Source: Opitutaceae bacterium
GTDB taxonomy: Bacteria; Verrucomicrobiota; Verrucomicrobiia; Opitutales; Coraliomargaritaceae
Length of the DNA: 64,000 bases
NCBI GenBank assembly: GCA_051252375.1
Contig: JBPOFY010000003.1
Span: forward strand, 416,001 to 480,000
Direction of reading: 5' to 3'
A program made the position numbers and the translations under genes. The notes below the pieces were generated by a model. That model did not search any database. It saw nothing but the letters and a program-made list of their open reading frames with translations, and was not told where the DNA came from. Shown piece by piece: positions 50,901 to 59,009 of the stretch; the first letter of the stretch is position 1, and every line of letters starts with the position of its first letter.

Positions 50901-51940
50901 CTTATAACGATTACCCGATCCGTGGTAAGAAGGCGAATTGCTACGAAGGCGGGTATCATGTCCCTCTCTTTGTGGCATGGGCGAAAGCGGACCCGACCAA
51001 TGTTTTCCAGCAGCAGCTGCCGATCACCCCAGATAGCGTCGAACACGACATTGTTTCCGTGGTTGATATTCCAACGACTATTCTCGCGTTGGCCGATGTC
51101 CCTCATCCCTATATGGATGGTGTCGATTTGAGCCCTTATTTGACCTCGACTCCCGGGACTCACCGCGAGCAAACATTGCTTCGACACCAACCGAATGGGC
51201 AGAACTCAAGCTTCTTCACCGCCTATCGTCGAGACGACTACAAGTTGATCTATTTCTATTACAAGGATGCGGCGACCGCGTTCGAGCTCTACGACCTCGC
51301 CGTGGACCGAGATGAATCCAACAACCTTGCCAGCAGTAATCCTGATCTGGTTCTGGAAATGGCACGTGAAATGGCGTCGGCCCTCGATGGAAGTTGGGGT
51401 GCATATGGCGCACTCTGGCCGACCTTCGCGATCGATCCCGCTACTGGAAATCCATTCTCAGGTGATGGAGATGAATTCCGACCTTTGAATGATGATCATT
51501 TTCTGATCGATTTCTCTGTCTATGGTTATGACCTTGTCGACAGCGATGCTGACGGATTGGAAGATGCGCTGGAAGATGCGGATGGTAACGGCTTGGTTAG
51601 CACGGGCGAAACGGATTCCGATGATTGGGATACGGACGGTGATAAAACCGATGACTTCACCGAGACGCGTCTGGGTCTAGACCCGTTGAATCGCAATTCG
51701 TTTTTCGCAAGTCAGGTGTCTGCCGCCAGCGCGAGCAGTATGACATTGCAATGGCCTTCAGCTTCCGGGCTTTCCTTCAACATTCTTCACAGTGACGACC
51801 TCACGATCCCAGTCGAGAATTGGCCGGTTTTGATCAATGTGCCCGCTGACGCTGTCGAGGCAACCACTAGCTATCCCATTGATATCTCTGGAGATGATGT
51901 TCAGTTCTTTTCTGTAGAGTTGTTGCCAGAGGTCCCTTAA
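47918..51940 (+). CDS. Multidomain surface sulfatase (N-domain, Ig-like, unknown domain, S1 sulfatase, DxDxDG repeats, C-terminal tail)
   Basis: RPNILLCLVDDWG, CSPTRTSLMTG, VGKAHFG, FTGDNG, YEGGYHVP; DSDADGLED and DTDGDKTDD Ca-binding-type repeats; MTLQWPS..FNILHSDDL..W..FFSVEL tail. Confidence 0.88.
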   Translation: MKSHRHLPLNLGVALSFLVLTATISHAASRTWDGSTSTDYNETTNWSGDDVPDSDDSGILDGAGTGETLLTGGIDPGTVNAFNVRGGHIFNIDNDGGTFSVNNNLNLGRGVEADGSEINQLAGAVNLGGMDMSGNETGGTSTYMISGGALNIGSADTLDVGGDGIAGNVGGGSDVSTFAIVGDSATVSATSNILARASSVFSFTLGATGIDAIDTTGVITISSGATLTIDGSSYTGGSGTIPLFTYGSRTDATEFTTENISGFGSLVADVVYDTDSIDLVLTSAGALQINSFTADFLTVSSGDPVTLSWSVQNETSLTLDPGGNDVFGTTSIIVNPTATTTYTLTAGDGGTTVMDTIEITVTPATPANSISVNFHANDTDALVDHQLSTGESAGLTPLDGSHWNNINVGGSTTNSGAVIFADNTPLTDDIGNSSAATISSTLTTGVTGSWFVGYANSSAATEGELTNGISDDNLFNSYLATNVADNFILDVSGLGPDFTTEGYSLIIYSDSDRRNESSGSRQSLYTVTPSGGSPVTGFVEDDDDATVVNIFDGTYILSDGVDDGADYSNYVIISGLNASDFTIEIDSPDGGRGAISGFQIIAGDIAVAPPPVINSFEADDHYVQTGDPVILSWDTSNADSLTLDPGNIDVTGQTQYQINPTATATYTLTASNSEGSADTDLKVSVGPERPNILLCLVDDWGVMDTSEPFSYDSYTDGALAQVRAFNTFYQTPNLEQLADDGMKFSQAYALPVCSPTRTSLMTGFNGPRHGVTVHLNANGTYERPSGSNVATHRSANGWRYRGMEVTDITLPRLLSEQGYRSIHVGKAHFGARGDVTEDPREIGFDINLGGSGAGAPGRYIGNPGYSSGSNPVPYIGDYEANGKWLTEALTEAMSDAIGDAVGDGVPFFAYMSYYAVHSPFTTNPNATGDYSAQVNANHGKFATMVEGVDTSLGQLRAHLEAMDPGVAENTLIIFTGDNGSDSPALNSGGQIGSATYNDYPIRGKKANCYEGGYHVPLFVAWAKADPTNVFQQQLPITPDSVEHDIVSVVDIPTTILALADVPHPYMDGVDLSPYLTSTPGTHREQTLLRHQPNGQNSSFFTAYRRDDYKLIYFYYKDAATAFELYDLAVDRDESNNLASSNPDLVLEMAREMASALDGSWGAYGALWPTFAIDPATGNPFSGDGDEFRPLNDDHFLIDFSVYGYDLVDSDADGLEDALEDADGNGLVSTGETDSDDWDTDGDKTDDFTETRLGLDPLNRNSFFASQVSAASASSMTLQWPSASGLSFNILHSDDLTIPVENWPVLINVPADAVEATTSYPIDISGDDVQFFSVELLPEVP

Positions 51941-51965
51941 GCACCTTAGTGTTTTTGGTCGATCA

Positions 51966-52721
51966 ATGTCAGATACGCTTCCCATTATATTAGTCACTCC
52001 CGTCTGGAACGACTCTCGCCGTCTTGTGGTGTTTGGTTTCAGCTTGGCGGAGGCCTTGCAGCAATCTGGTTTGCCAGTTCGCTGGATTGTTTCCGATGAT
52101 GGCTCGAGTCTCGAGGAGAAGAAATCTTTGGAGACGCTCGTTGCTCGCTTGGCTGAAGTCTATCCGAATGTAGAGCTGATTCTTTCAGACGTTCGTTCGC
52201 GTAAGGGCGGGGCAGTCTATCGCGCTTGGGATCATTGTGAGGAAGCTCAGGTATTGGCTTTTGTGGATGCCGATGGAGCCATCAGTGCAGAGTCGATCGT
52301 TAATTTGTTACGAGTTTCTGCCGCTGAGTCTTCCGAGACAGCTGTTATCGGGGTTCGGTCAAATAGCTCAGGGCTGCCTATTCGTCGTAGCTTTGGCAGG
52401 ACTGTATCATTCAACCTTTTTCGGATGATAGTGAGCCTTCTTTTAGGGGTGCGTTTTCAAGACACTCAGTGTGGTGCCAAGATCATACCTGCAAAAGCTT
52501 ATCGTGAAGTTCGCGGCAGATTATTGGAGCATGGTTTTATTTTTGATGTCGAATTACTTGTTGCGCTAAAAGAGTTGTCGATCGATGTCCTCGAACAACC
52601 GATACCATGGCAAGAAGTCGATGGCGGAAAGGTGAGCCCTTTGCGTGATTCATGGGCAATGCTGAGCGCATTAATGAGAGTGCGAAAACGACTGAAGTCC
52701 GGGCATTACGAAAAGTCCTGA
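51966..52721 (+). CDS. GT2 glycosyltransferase (polyprenyl-phosphate glucosyl/mannosyltransferase-like)
   Basis: LVTPVWND, VSDDGS, KGGAV, FVDADG, DTQCGAK, FDVELL, EQPIPW. Confidence 0.88.
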   Translation: MSDTLPIILVTPVWNDSRRLVVFGFSLAEALQQSGLPVRWIVSDDGSSLEEKKSLETLVARLAEVYPNVELILSDVRSRKGGAVYRAWDHCEEAQVLAFVDADGAISAESIVNLLRVSAAESSETAVIGVRSNSSGLPIRRSFGRTVSFNLFRMIVSLLLGVRFQDTQCGAKIIPAKAYREVRGRLLEHGFIFDVELLVALKELSIDVLEQPIPWQEVDGGKVSPLRDSWAMLSALMRVRKRLKSGHYEKS

Positions 52722-53443
52722 GCTTCGGGCGTATGGCTCTTCCTGTAGCGACCCGGTGAGAGGCCGAAGAGTTTTTGAAACTCGCGCGAGAAGTGGCTGT
52801 GGTCGTAAAAGCCAACGTCCTGTGCGATTCGGCTCAACGTATCTTCCGTATGCACCAGTAGGGCGCTGGCTCGCGTGAGCCGATAGCGAATTAAAAAGCG
52901 TGAAGGTGTCTGTTGAAAAACATGGCGGAAACGTCGTTCAAATTGGCTGACAGATAAGTTCGCTACATTGGCGAGTTCAGGCATCTGGATCGGTTCGGCG
53001 TAGTGGATGTTGATATAGTCGACCACTGCGTTCATACGACGATATGGTTGCCATGCATTGTCACTGCGCTCGAAGTCGCGCATCACGCCGATGATGCCGA
53101 TACAGTTGCCAGCTCTGTTGCGCAGAGGAAATTTGCTGGTCACGTGCCATGCGACGGAGCCATCAGCATTGGCCACCAGCTCGACACGTCGCATGATGGG
53201 CTCGCCGCTTTTTATCACCTGCGCGTCATCCTTTGCGTATTGCGCAATCATATAGCTGGGAAAGAAATCCTCGTCGCTTTTGCCAATCAGTTCCTTTTGC
53301 GAATCGACTCCGAGCTTTTCGAGTTGCAGCTCGTTGGCGCCGAGGAAGCGACCTTGTTTATCTTTCATGAAGAAATAGACATCCCCAATTGCAGTAAATA
53401 GGGCGAGAATACTCTCTGGATCGAGGTCTTGGTGGATGTCCAT
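52706..53443 (-). CDS. AraC family transcriptional regulator with N-terminal PAS domain
   Basis: YFFMKDKQGRF, GKSDEDFFP, DDAQVI, TSKFPL; AraC HTH LSVSQFERRF..IAQDVGFYDHSHFSREF..GLSPGRYR. Start chosen to avoid overlap with the divergent gene. Confidence 0.9.
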   Translation of the reverse strand: MDIHQDLDPESILALFTAIGDVYFFMKDKQGRFLGANELQLEKLGVDSQKELIGKSDEDFFPSYMIAQYAKDDAQVIKSGEPIMRRVELVANADGSVAWHVTSKFPLRNRAGNCIGIIGVMRDFERSDNAWQPYRRMNAVVDYINIHYAEPIQMPELANVANLSVSQFERRFRHVFQQTPSRFLIRYRLTRASALLVHTEDTLSRIAQDVGFYDHSHFSREFQKLFGLSPGRYRKSHTPEAQDFS

Positions 53444-53525
53444 GCCGAAAATATACACAAACATGCGGATATTTTCCAAGTAAGAAGATGCATGATGTGT
53501 TACATTACTCGCCACATTACCCCTT

Positions 53526-54383
53526 ATGCGATTTGGACTGAACACATTCTTGGTTAGCTCTGGTTTTACAGATGCTGAATTACCCCTCCTGCAAACCTTC
53601 AAAAACTATGGAGCCGATGTTATCGAGCTGGCCATTGTAGAGCCTGCGGCGGTCTCAGTGCCCAAACTCATGGCTGCACTGGAAGCGGCTGGCTTGGAGC
53701 AGCCTGTTATTTGCGGTGCCTTTCCTCCTGGTCGCGATTTGAGAGGCAATGCGGAAGAGCGGGCGGCGAGTTCAAAATATATCTCCGAACTGATTTCTTT
53801 AGCCGAAGCCGTTGATTCGAAAATTGTATGCGGTCCATTCTATTCGGTTACTGGGCAGGCAAATGCATATTCTCCTGAGGAGCGCGCGGCTCAATTGGAT
53901 ATGATTGCCGCCGAACTCCGACCGCTTTGCCAACAAGCTGAGGCTGCGGGTATAACTTTAGCGGTTGAGCCGCTTAATCGTTTTGAAACGGATTGTATCA
54001 ATACCATCGATCAAGCGATTGAGCTGATCGAGAAGGTTGGCAGCCCATGCCTTAAAATACACATCGATACATTCCACATGAATATCGAGGAGGTTGATTC
54101 TGCAGCTGCGATTTTACGAGCAGGTCAACATATTGGGCATGTCCATGCCAGCGCGAGTCATCGTGGTTTGTTGGGGAAAGATCAGGTCGATTGGTCGGGC
54201 ATATGTGCTGCGCTGGTGAAGATCAATTTTCAGGGAGATATCTTGATCGAAAGCTTCACCGTCGATAATACTGTGATCGCAAAGGCCGCATCCATATGGC
54301 GCCCGCTGTATGATGGACCAGAGCAGCTTGCAGTAGAAGGCCTGCAGTTTTTAAGAGAGACTTGGGAACTTGCCCAGCAATAG
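53526..54383 (+). CDS. Sugar phosphate isomerase/epimerase (D-tagatose/psicose 3-epimerase-like TIM barrel)
   Basis: [34 protein letters not shown]. Confidence 0.88.
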   Translation: MRFGLNTFLVSSGFTDAELPLLQTFKNYGADVIELAIVEPAAVSVPKLMAALEAAGLEQPVICGAFPPGRDLRGNAEERAASSKYISELISLAEAVDSKIVCGPFYSVTGQANAYSPEERAAQLDMIAAELRPLCQQAEAAGITLAVEPLNRFETDCINTIDQAIELIEKVGSPCLKIHIDTFHMNIEEVDSAAAILRAGQHIGHVHASASHRGLLGKDQVDWSGICAALVKINFQGDILIESFTVDNTVIAKAASIWRPLYDGPEQLAVEGLQFLRETWELAQQ

Positions 54384-54406
54384 AGCTTACATACCATATA
54401 ATAACG

Positions 54407-55303
54407 ATGAAATTACCCCGCATTTTACTACTTCTCGCGTTAGCGCCGATGGCGGTGTCTTGCGCAAACCAGACAACGACGCAGAAAGAGGTTCTCTTTC
54501 TGGCGGGTAAGAAGAGTCATGGCTATGGAGCTCATGAACATAGGGCTGGCTCGCATCTTTTGGCACGTTGCTTCAATGAGAGCGGTCTTGATGTGAACGC
54601 GTCTGTTATTGAAGAGGGTGCTTTGCCCGAGGGCACCGAGAAGCCCGATGCAGTTGTTATGTATTGCGACGGCTTAAAGAAGCATATCGCTAAAGAGCAC
54701 CAAGAGGCGATCCAAGCTTGGGTCGATCAAGGTGTTGGCGTGTCGTGTTTACATTTTGGCGTAGAGGTCGAGAAGAAGGATCTTGGACCGACTTTCATCG
54801 ACTGGATCGGTGGCTATTTTGAAATGGGTTGGTCAGTGAATCCACACTGGGATGCCACATTCAACGAGCTGCCGGATCATCCGATTACTAGTGGTGTGCA
54901 GCCTTTCACGATACGTGATGAATGGTATTACCATATGCGCTTTCGTCCAGAGATGGAAGGCGTGACGCCGATCTTGTCAGCTCTGCCACCATTGGAAACC
55001 TTAACCTCACGTGCAAAAGATCCTCGGCGTGGCAGTAACCCAGCCGTGATGGCTGAAGTGCAAGCTGGTGAGAAACAGCATGTCGCTTGGGCATATGAGC
55101 GACCGGATGGCGGTCGTGGTTTCGGTTTTACCGGCGGACACTTTCATAAGAACTGGCAGCAGGATGACTTTCGCAAGCTGGTTCTAAATGCGATTCTTTG
55201 GACCGCTCATGGAGAAATTCCGGCTGAGGGTGTGCCATCTAAAACACCGACTGATGCTGAAATGGAACTGAATCAAGATTATCCCAAACCTGCTAAAAAG
55301 TAA
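54407..55303 (+). CDS. ThuA-like domain lipoprotein
   Basis: Lipobox AVS-C; SHGYGAHEH, HPITSGV, DEWYY, AWAYERPDGGRGFGFTGGH, FRKLVLNAILW. Confidence 0.8.
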   Translation: MKLPRILLLLALAPMAVSCANQTTTQKEVLFLAGKKSHGYGAHEHRAGSHLLARCFNESGLDVNASVIEEGALPEGTEKPDAVVMYCDGLKKHIAKEHQEAIQAWVDQGVGVSCLHFGVEVEKKDLGPTFIDWIGGYFEMGWSVNPHWDATFNELPDHPITSGVQPFTIRDEWYYHMRFRPEMEGVTPILSALPPLETLTSRAKDPRRGSNPAVMAEVQAGEKQHVAWAYERPDGGRGFGFTGGHFHKNWQQDDFRKLVLNAILWTAHGEIPAEGVPSKTPTDAEMELNQDYPKPAKK

Positions 55304-55321
55304 CTGTAACCCGTCATTTAT

Positions 55322-56122
55322 ATGAAATCATATTCAAAAGTAATTTGTATCATCACCGCTGCCTGTATGTTTGCCGGTATTGCAATAGCAGCACCGAAAC
55401 CCAGTCCAAAGCCTGACATCAAGGCACTTCTCATTACCGGAGGTTGCTGTCATGATTATGATGCGCAGCGCGAGCTCATCCCGATGAGCATTGATCTCAA
55501 GACAAAGCTTCGTGTGCAATGGACCGTTTTACATCAACGCACGAAGGCAGGTGATGTATTGCTTGATTTCTATAAGAACCCTGACTGGGCGAAAGGCTAC
55601 GACGTGGTCGTGCACAATGAGTGTTTCGCTCTTATCAACGACGATGCATATATCGAGCAGATTCTACAGCCACATAAGGACGGCGTGCCAGCAGTGATGG
55701 TGCATTGCTCCATGCATTGCTACCGCGAAGGTAAGAACCCTGAAGTGTGGTGGGAATTTTGTGGCGTGCATTCGCCAGGGCATGGCCCAAAGCATCCATT
55801 TGAAGTTCAAATTACAAATCCTGATCATGAAGTCATGAAAGGCATGAGTAATTGGACGACCCCGCAAGGTGAGCTCTACTTTATCAATAAAGTCTATCCA
55901 GGCACGACACTATTGGCAGAGTCCAAATCGAACAAGACCGGCGAGATGCATGCGAATATTTGGGTAAATGAATATGGCCCAAACAAGACGCGCGTCTTCG
56001 GAACTACGATCGGTCACCACAATGAAACCATGATGCAAGATCAGTATATGGAAATGATCACTCGTGGCTTTCTCTGGGCAGTCGGTAAGCCAGTAGCTGA
56101 AAATCTAAAAACTTCAAAATAA
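55322..56122 (+). CDS. ThuA-like domain secreted protein
   Basis: Signal peptide; [39 protein letters not shown]. Confidence 0.8.
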   Translation: MKSYSKVICIITAACMFAGIAIAAPKPSPKPDIKALLITGGCCHDYDAQRELIPMSIDLKTKLRVQWTVLHQRTKAGDVLLDFYKNPDWAKGYDVVVHNECFALINDDAYIEQILQPHKDGVPAVMVHCSMHCYREGKNPEVWWEFCGVHSPGHGPKHPFEVQITNPDHEVMKGMSNWTTPQGELYFINKVYPGTTLLAESKSNKTGEMHANIWVNEYGPNKTRVFGTTIGHHNETMMQDQYMEMITRGFLWAVGKPVAENLKTSK

Positions 56123-56149
56123 CCCATTAACATTCAATCTTATACCATT

Positions 56150-57439
56150 ATGAATACAGTATCCCGTCGTGATTTCGTTAAAGCCGCTGCTATTAGCACG
56201 GCTGCCTTTTCAACTTTCAATATCCTCGGTGCGCAGAGCGTTGGAGGCTTAACTGGTGGTAAGTTGAAGCTTGGTCTTATTGGCTGTGGTGGTCGCGGCA
56301 CTGGAGCTGTGGCGCAGTTTATGGAGGCCTGTAAGCTTCTCGGTTTAGAAGCCGAGCTGGTCGCTGTCGCTGACGTTTTTGAAGATCGCGTGGCGAATGT
56401 AGTTAAGAGGTATGGCATCGCTGCTTCGCAAGGACATCATGGTTATGAGGCTTACCGGAAAGTGACGGAGTCAGATGCGGAGTTCGTCATCATGGCGACT
56501 CCACCTAATTTCCGTCCTGTTCACTTGGAAGCTTGTGTCGCTGCGGGTAAACATTCCTTTATCGAGAAGCCTGTCGCAGTCGATCCTGTTGGCGCTCGCA
56601 AAGTGATTGAGCTTGGTGAGCTCGCGAAAGCGAAGGGACTGACTATCGTGGCAGGGACGCAACGTCGCTATGAGAAGAGTTACTTGGAAACTAAAGCTAA
56701 AATCGATGCTGGTGCCGTGGGCCAAATCCTCGGTGGTGTGATTTCTTGGAATGGTCGAGTGCCTTGGATTTCCTCGCGTCAGGATGGTCAAAGCGCTGCG
56801 CACTATATGACGCGTAACTGGCTCAACTTTACCGAGTTGTCCGGCGATCACATCGTCGAGCAACACGTGCATCAACTGGACGTAGCCAACTGGTTTGTGG
56901 GTCGTCCGCCAGTTTCCTTTGTTGGCATGGGTGGACGTGCGCGCCGTGAGACAGGTAATCAGTTTGATTTCTTCAGTGTCGATCTAGACTACGGCGATGG
57001 AGTTCACATCCATAGCCAATGTCGTCAACTCGCAGGTGCCTATTCGCGTGTCGGTGAGCAGTTTCGTGGGGCCGATGGCCAGATCATCGGCACTAAGGTT
57101 TCCGGTAAAGATGTCTCCATTGACGCGATCAAAGTGGAAAGCAATAAAGGTCAAGTCCAAGAGCATGTAGCGTTTATTAAGAGCGCGCGTGGTAAGGGTG
57201 ACCCTCTGAATTGCGCTGAACAAGTGGCGCATGCGACACTCACTGCGATCGGTGGTCGCATCTCAGCATACACCGGGCAGTTAGTCCGTTGGGTGGATTT
57301 GACGGTGAATACTAAGTCGCCGTTCTACTCAATGCAGCTCAGCCCGAGCGCATTAGACTTTGAGCGTGGCTCTGTGATCCTGCCAGAAGAAGTGGCACCG
57401 ATACCTGGTGAGGCAACCAAGTTCCGCGATAGAGGATAA
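56150..57439 (+). CDS. Gfo/Idh/MocA family oxidoreductase with Tat signal
   Basis: SRRDFVK twin-arginine motif; GLIGCGGRGTGA; ATPP; EKPVAVD; GTQRR; SGDHIVEQHVHQLD. Confidence 0.92.
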   Translation: MNTVSRRDFVKAAAISTAAFSTFNILGAQSVGGLTGGKLKLGLIGCGGRGTGAVAQFMEACKLLGLEAELVAVADVFEDRVANVVKRYGIAASQGHHGYEAYRKVTESDAEFVIMATPPNFRPVHLEACVAAGKHSFIEKPVAVDPVGARKVIELGELAKAKGLTIVAGTQRRYEKSYLETKAKIDAGAVGQILGGVISWNGRVPWISSRQDGQSAAHYMTRNWLNFTELSGDHIVEQHVHQLDVANWFVGRPPVSFVGMGGRARRETGNQFDFFSVDLDYGDGVHIHSQCRQLAGAYSRVGEQFRGADGQIIGTKVSGKDVSIDAIKVESNKGQVQEHVAFIKSARGKGDPLNCAEQVAHATLTAIGGRISAYTGQLVRWVDLTVNTKSPFYSMQLSPSALDFERGSVILPEEVAPIPGEATKFRDRG

Positions 57440-57457
57440 AATACTATTCGTTTGCCT

Positions 57458-58975
57458 ATGAAAAATCTCCTCTTCTTTCTCGCCTTTACGGTATGTATTC
57501 ATGCCGCGACGAAGCCCAACGTTGTCATTATCTATGGGGACGATGTAGGTTACGGCGATGTTGGTGCGTATGGCTCAAAACTGATTCCGACGCCTAACAT
57601 TGATCGTCTTGCGGAGGGGGGATTACGTTTTACCGATGGTCATTGCTCGGCGGCAACATGCACGCCCTCGCGTTATTCATTGCTGACGGGTGTTCATGGC
57701 TTTCGGGATGGTGTGAGCATCTTGGCCCCTAATGCGCCTTTGAGTATTTCTACCGAGATACTGACACTGCCAAAATTGTTTAAGCAAGCCGGCTACACCA
57801 CTGGTGTCGTGGGGAAGTGGCATTTGGGGATTGGTGCAAAAGGTGAGCCTGTGAATTGGAACGGTGATGTGAAACCAGGTCCGCTTGAGATCGGTTTTGA
57901 TTCATCATTTCTTTTACCGTCAACCAATGACCGTGTGCCATGTGTCTATCTGGATGGTCATCGCGTGTTGAACTTGGATCCATCGGACCCGCTCTATGTC
58001 GGTGCAAATAAGCCTGTCGATCGAGAAGGTAGCACACGATATCCAGATGCGAGGAAGAATAAGAAGTCGATGACCTATTATCAAAGCACTCACGGGCATA
58101 ATAACAGTGTGATCAATGGCATCGGTCGTATCGGTTATATGGCTGGTGGCAAGTCGGCCCTATGGGATGACGAAACCATGGCTGACGTATTTGTCGAAGA
58201 GGCTAAGGAATTTATTGCAGCAAATAAGGAGCAACCATTTTTCCTCTATTTCGCTTCGCAGGATATCCATGTCCCGCGCGCACCGAACCCACGTTTTCAG
58301 GGCGCAACAAATTTGGGTTATCGCGGCGACGCGATGGTGCAGTTCGACTGGTCAACTGGTGAAATCATGAAGGCTCTGGAAGAACATGGATTAACCGAAA
58401 ACACCATTGTGATTTTTTCGAGCGACAATGGTCCGGTTTATGACGACGGTTATGCCGACGGAACGAAGGTGAAGAAATCGACGAAAGAAGTGGATCGAGG
58501 ACACGACGGATCCGGAGTCTATCGCGGCGGTAAATATCAGATATTTGAAGGCGGCACTCGCGTGCCGTTTATTGTGCGCTGGCCCGCCAAAATTAAGCCA
58601 GGCACTTCCGACGCTTTGGTCAATCAAATCGATTTGATCGCCTCTTTTGCTGCATTGCTGGAGCAGGAGCTTCCTGCTGGTGAGGCGCGTGATAGTCGCA
58701 ACACACTGTCTGCGTTTATCGGCAAAGACCCGAAGGGGCAGGAGTATATGATCGAAGAATCATTCGGTTTGGCTCTGCGCCATGGCGATTGGAAATTCAT
58801 TGAATTCACCAAGCCGACCTGGGCGAGTAAAGATCCGATTCGAAAGTCGCTCTATAATCTAAAAGACGATCCTAGCGAAACGAAAAACATCATCGCCGAT
58901 TACCCTGAAAAGGCAGCAGCAATGGAGCAGCGCTTGGAAGCCATGAAAAAATCGGATGGTATCCGAGGGCATTAG
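57458..58975 (+). CDS. Arylsulfatase (S1 family), secreted
   Basis: PNVVIIYGDDVGYGD, CTPSRYSLLTG, GKWHLG, FSSDNG, EGGTRVP. Confidence 0.94.
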   Translation: MKNLLFFLAFTVCIHAATKPNVVIIYGDDVGYGDVGAYGSKLIPTPNIDRLAEGGLRFTDGHCSAATCTPSRYSLLTGVHGFRDGVSILAPNAPLSISTEILTLPKLFKQAGYTTGVVGKWHLGIGAKGEPVNWNGDVKPGPLEIGFDSSFLLPSTNDRVPCVYLDGHRVLNLDPSDPLYVGANKPVDREGSTRYPDARKNKKSMTYYQSTHGHNNSVINGIGRIGYMAGGKSALWDDETMADVFVEEAKEFIAANKEQPFFLYFASQDIHVPRAPNPRFQGATNLGYRGDAMVQFDWSTGEIMKALEEHGLTENTIVIFSSDNGPVYDDGYADGTKVKKSTKEVDRGHDGSGVYRGGKYQIFEGGTRVPFIVRWPAKIKPGTSDALVNQIDLIASFAALLEQELPAGEARDSRNTLSAFIGKDPKGQEYMIEESFGLALRHGDWKFIEFTKPTWASKDPIRKSLYNLKDDPSETKNIIADYPEKAAAMEQRLEAMKKSDGIRGH

Positions 58976-59009
58976 GTCTGTTGCAGGAATATTCGGAAGT
59001 ATTGTAAAA

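Noticed and set aside
53444..53602. N-terminal extension of the AraC ORF in the track
   Set aside because: It overlaps the divergent epimerase gene and the shared promoter. The PAS domain starts after the Met at 53443.
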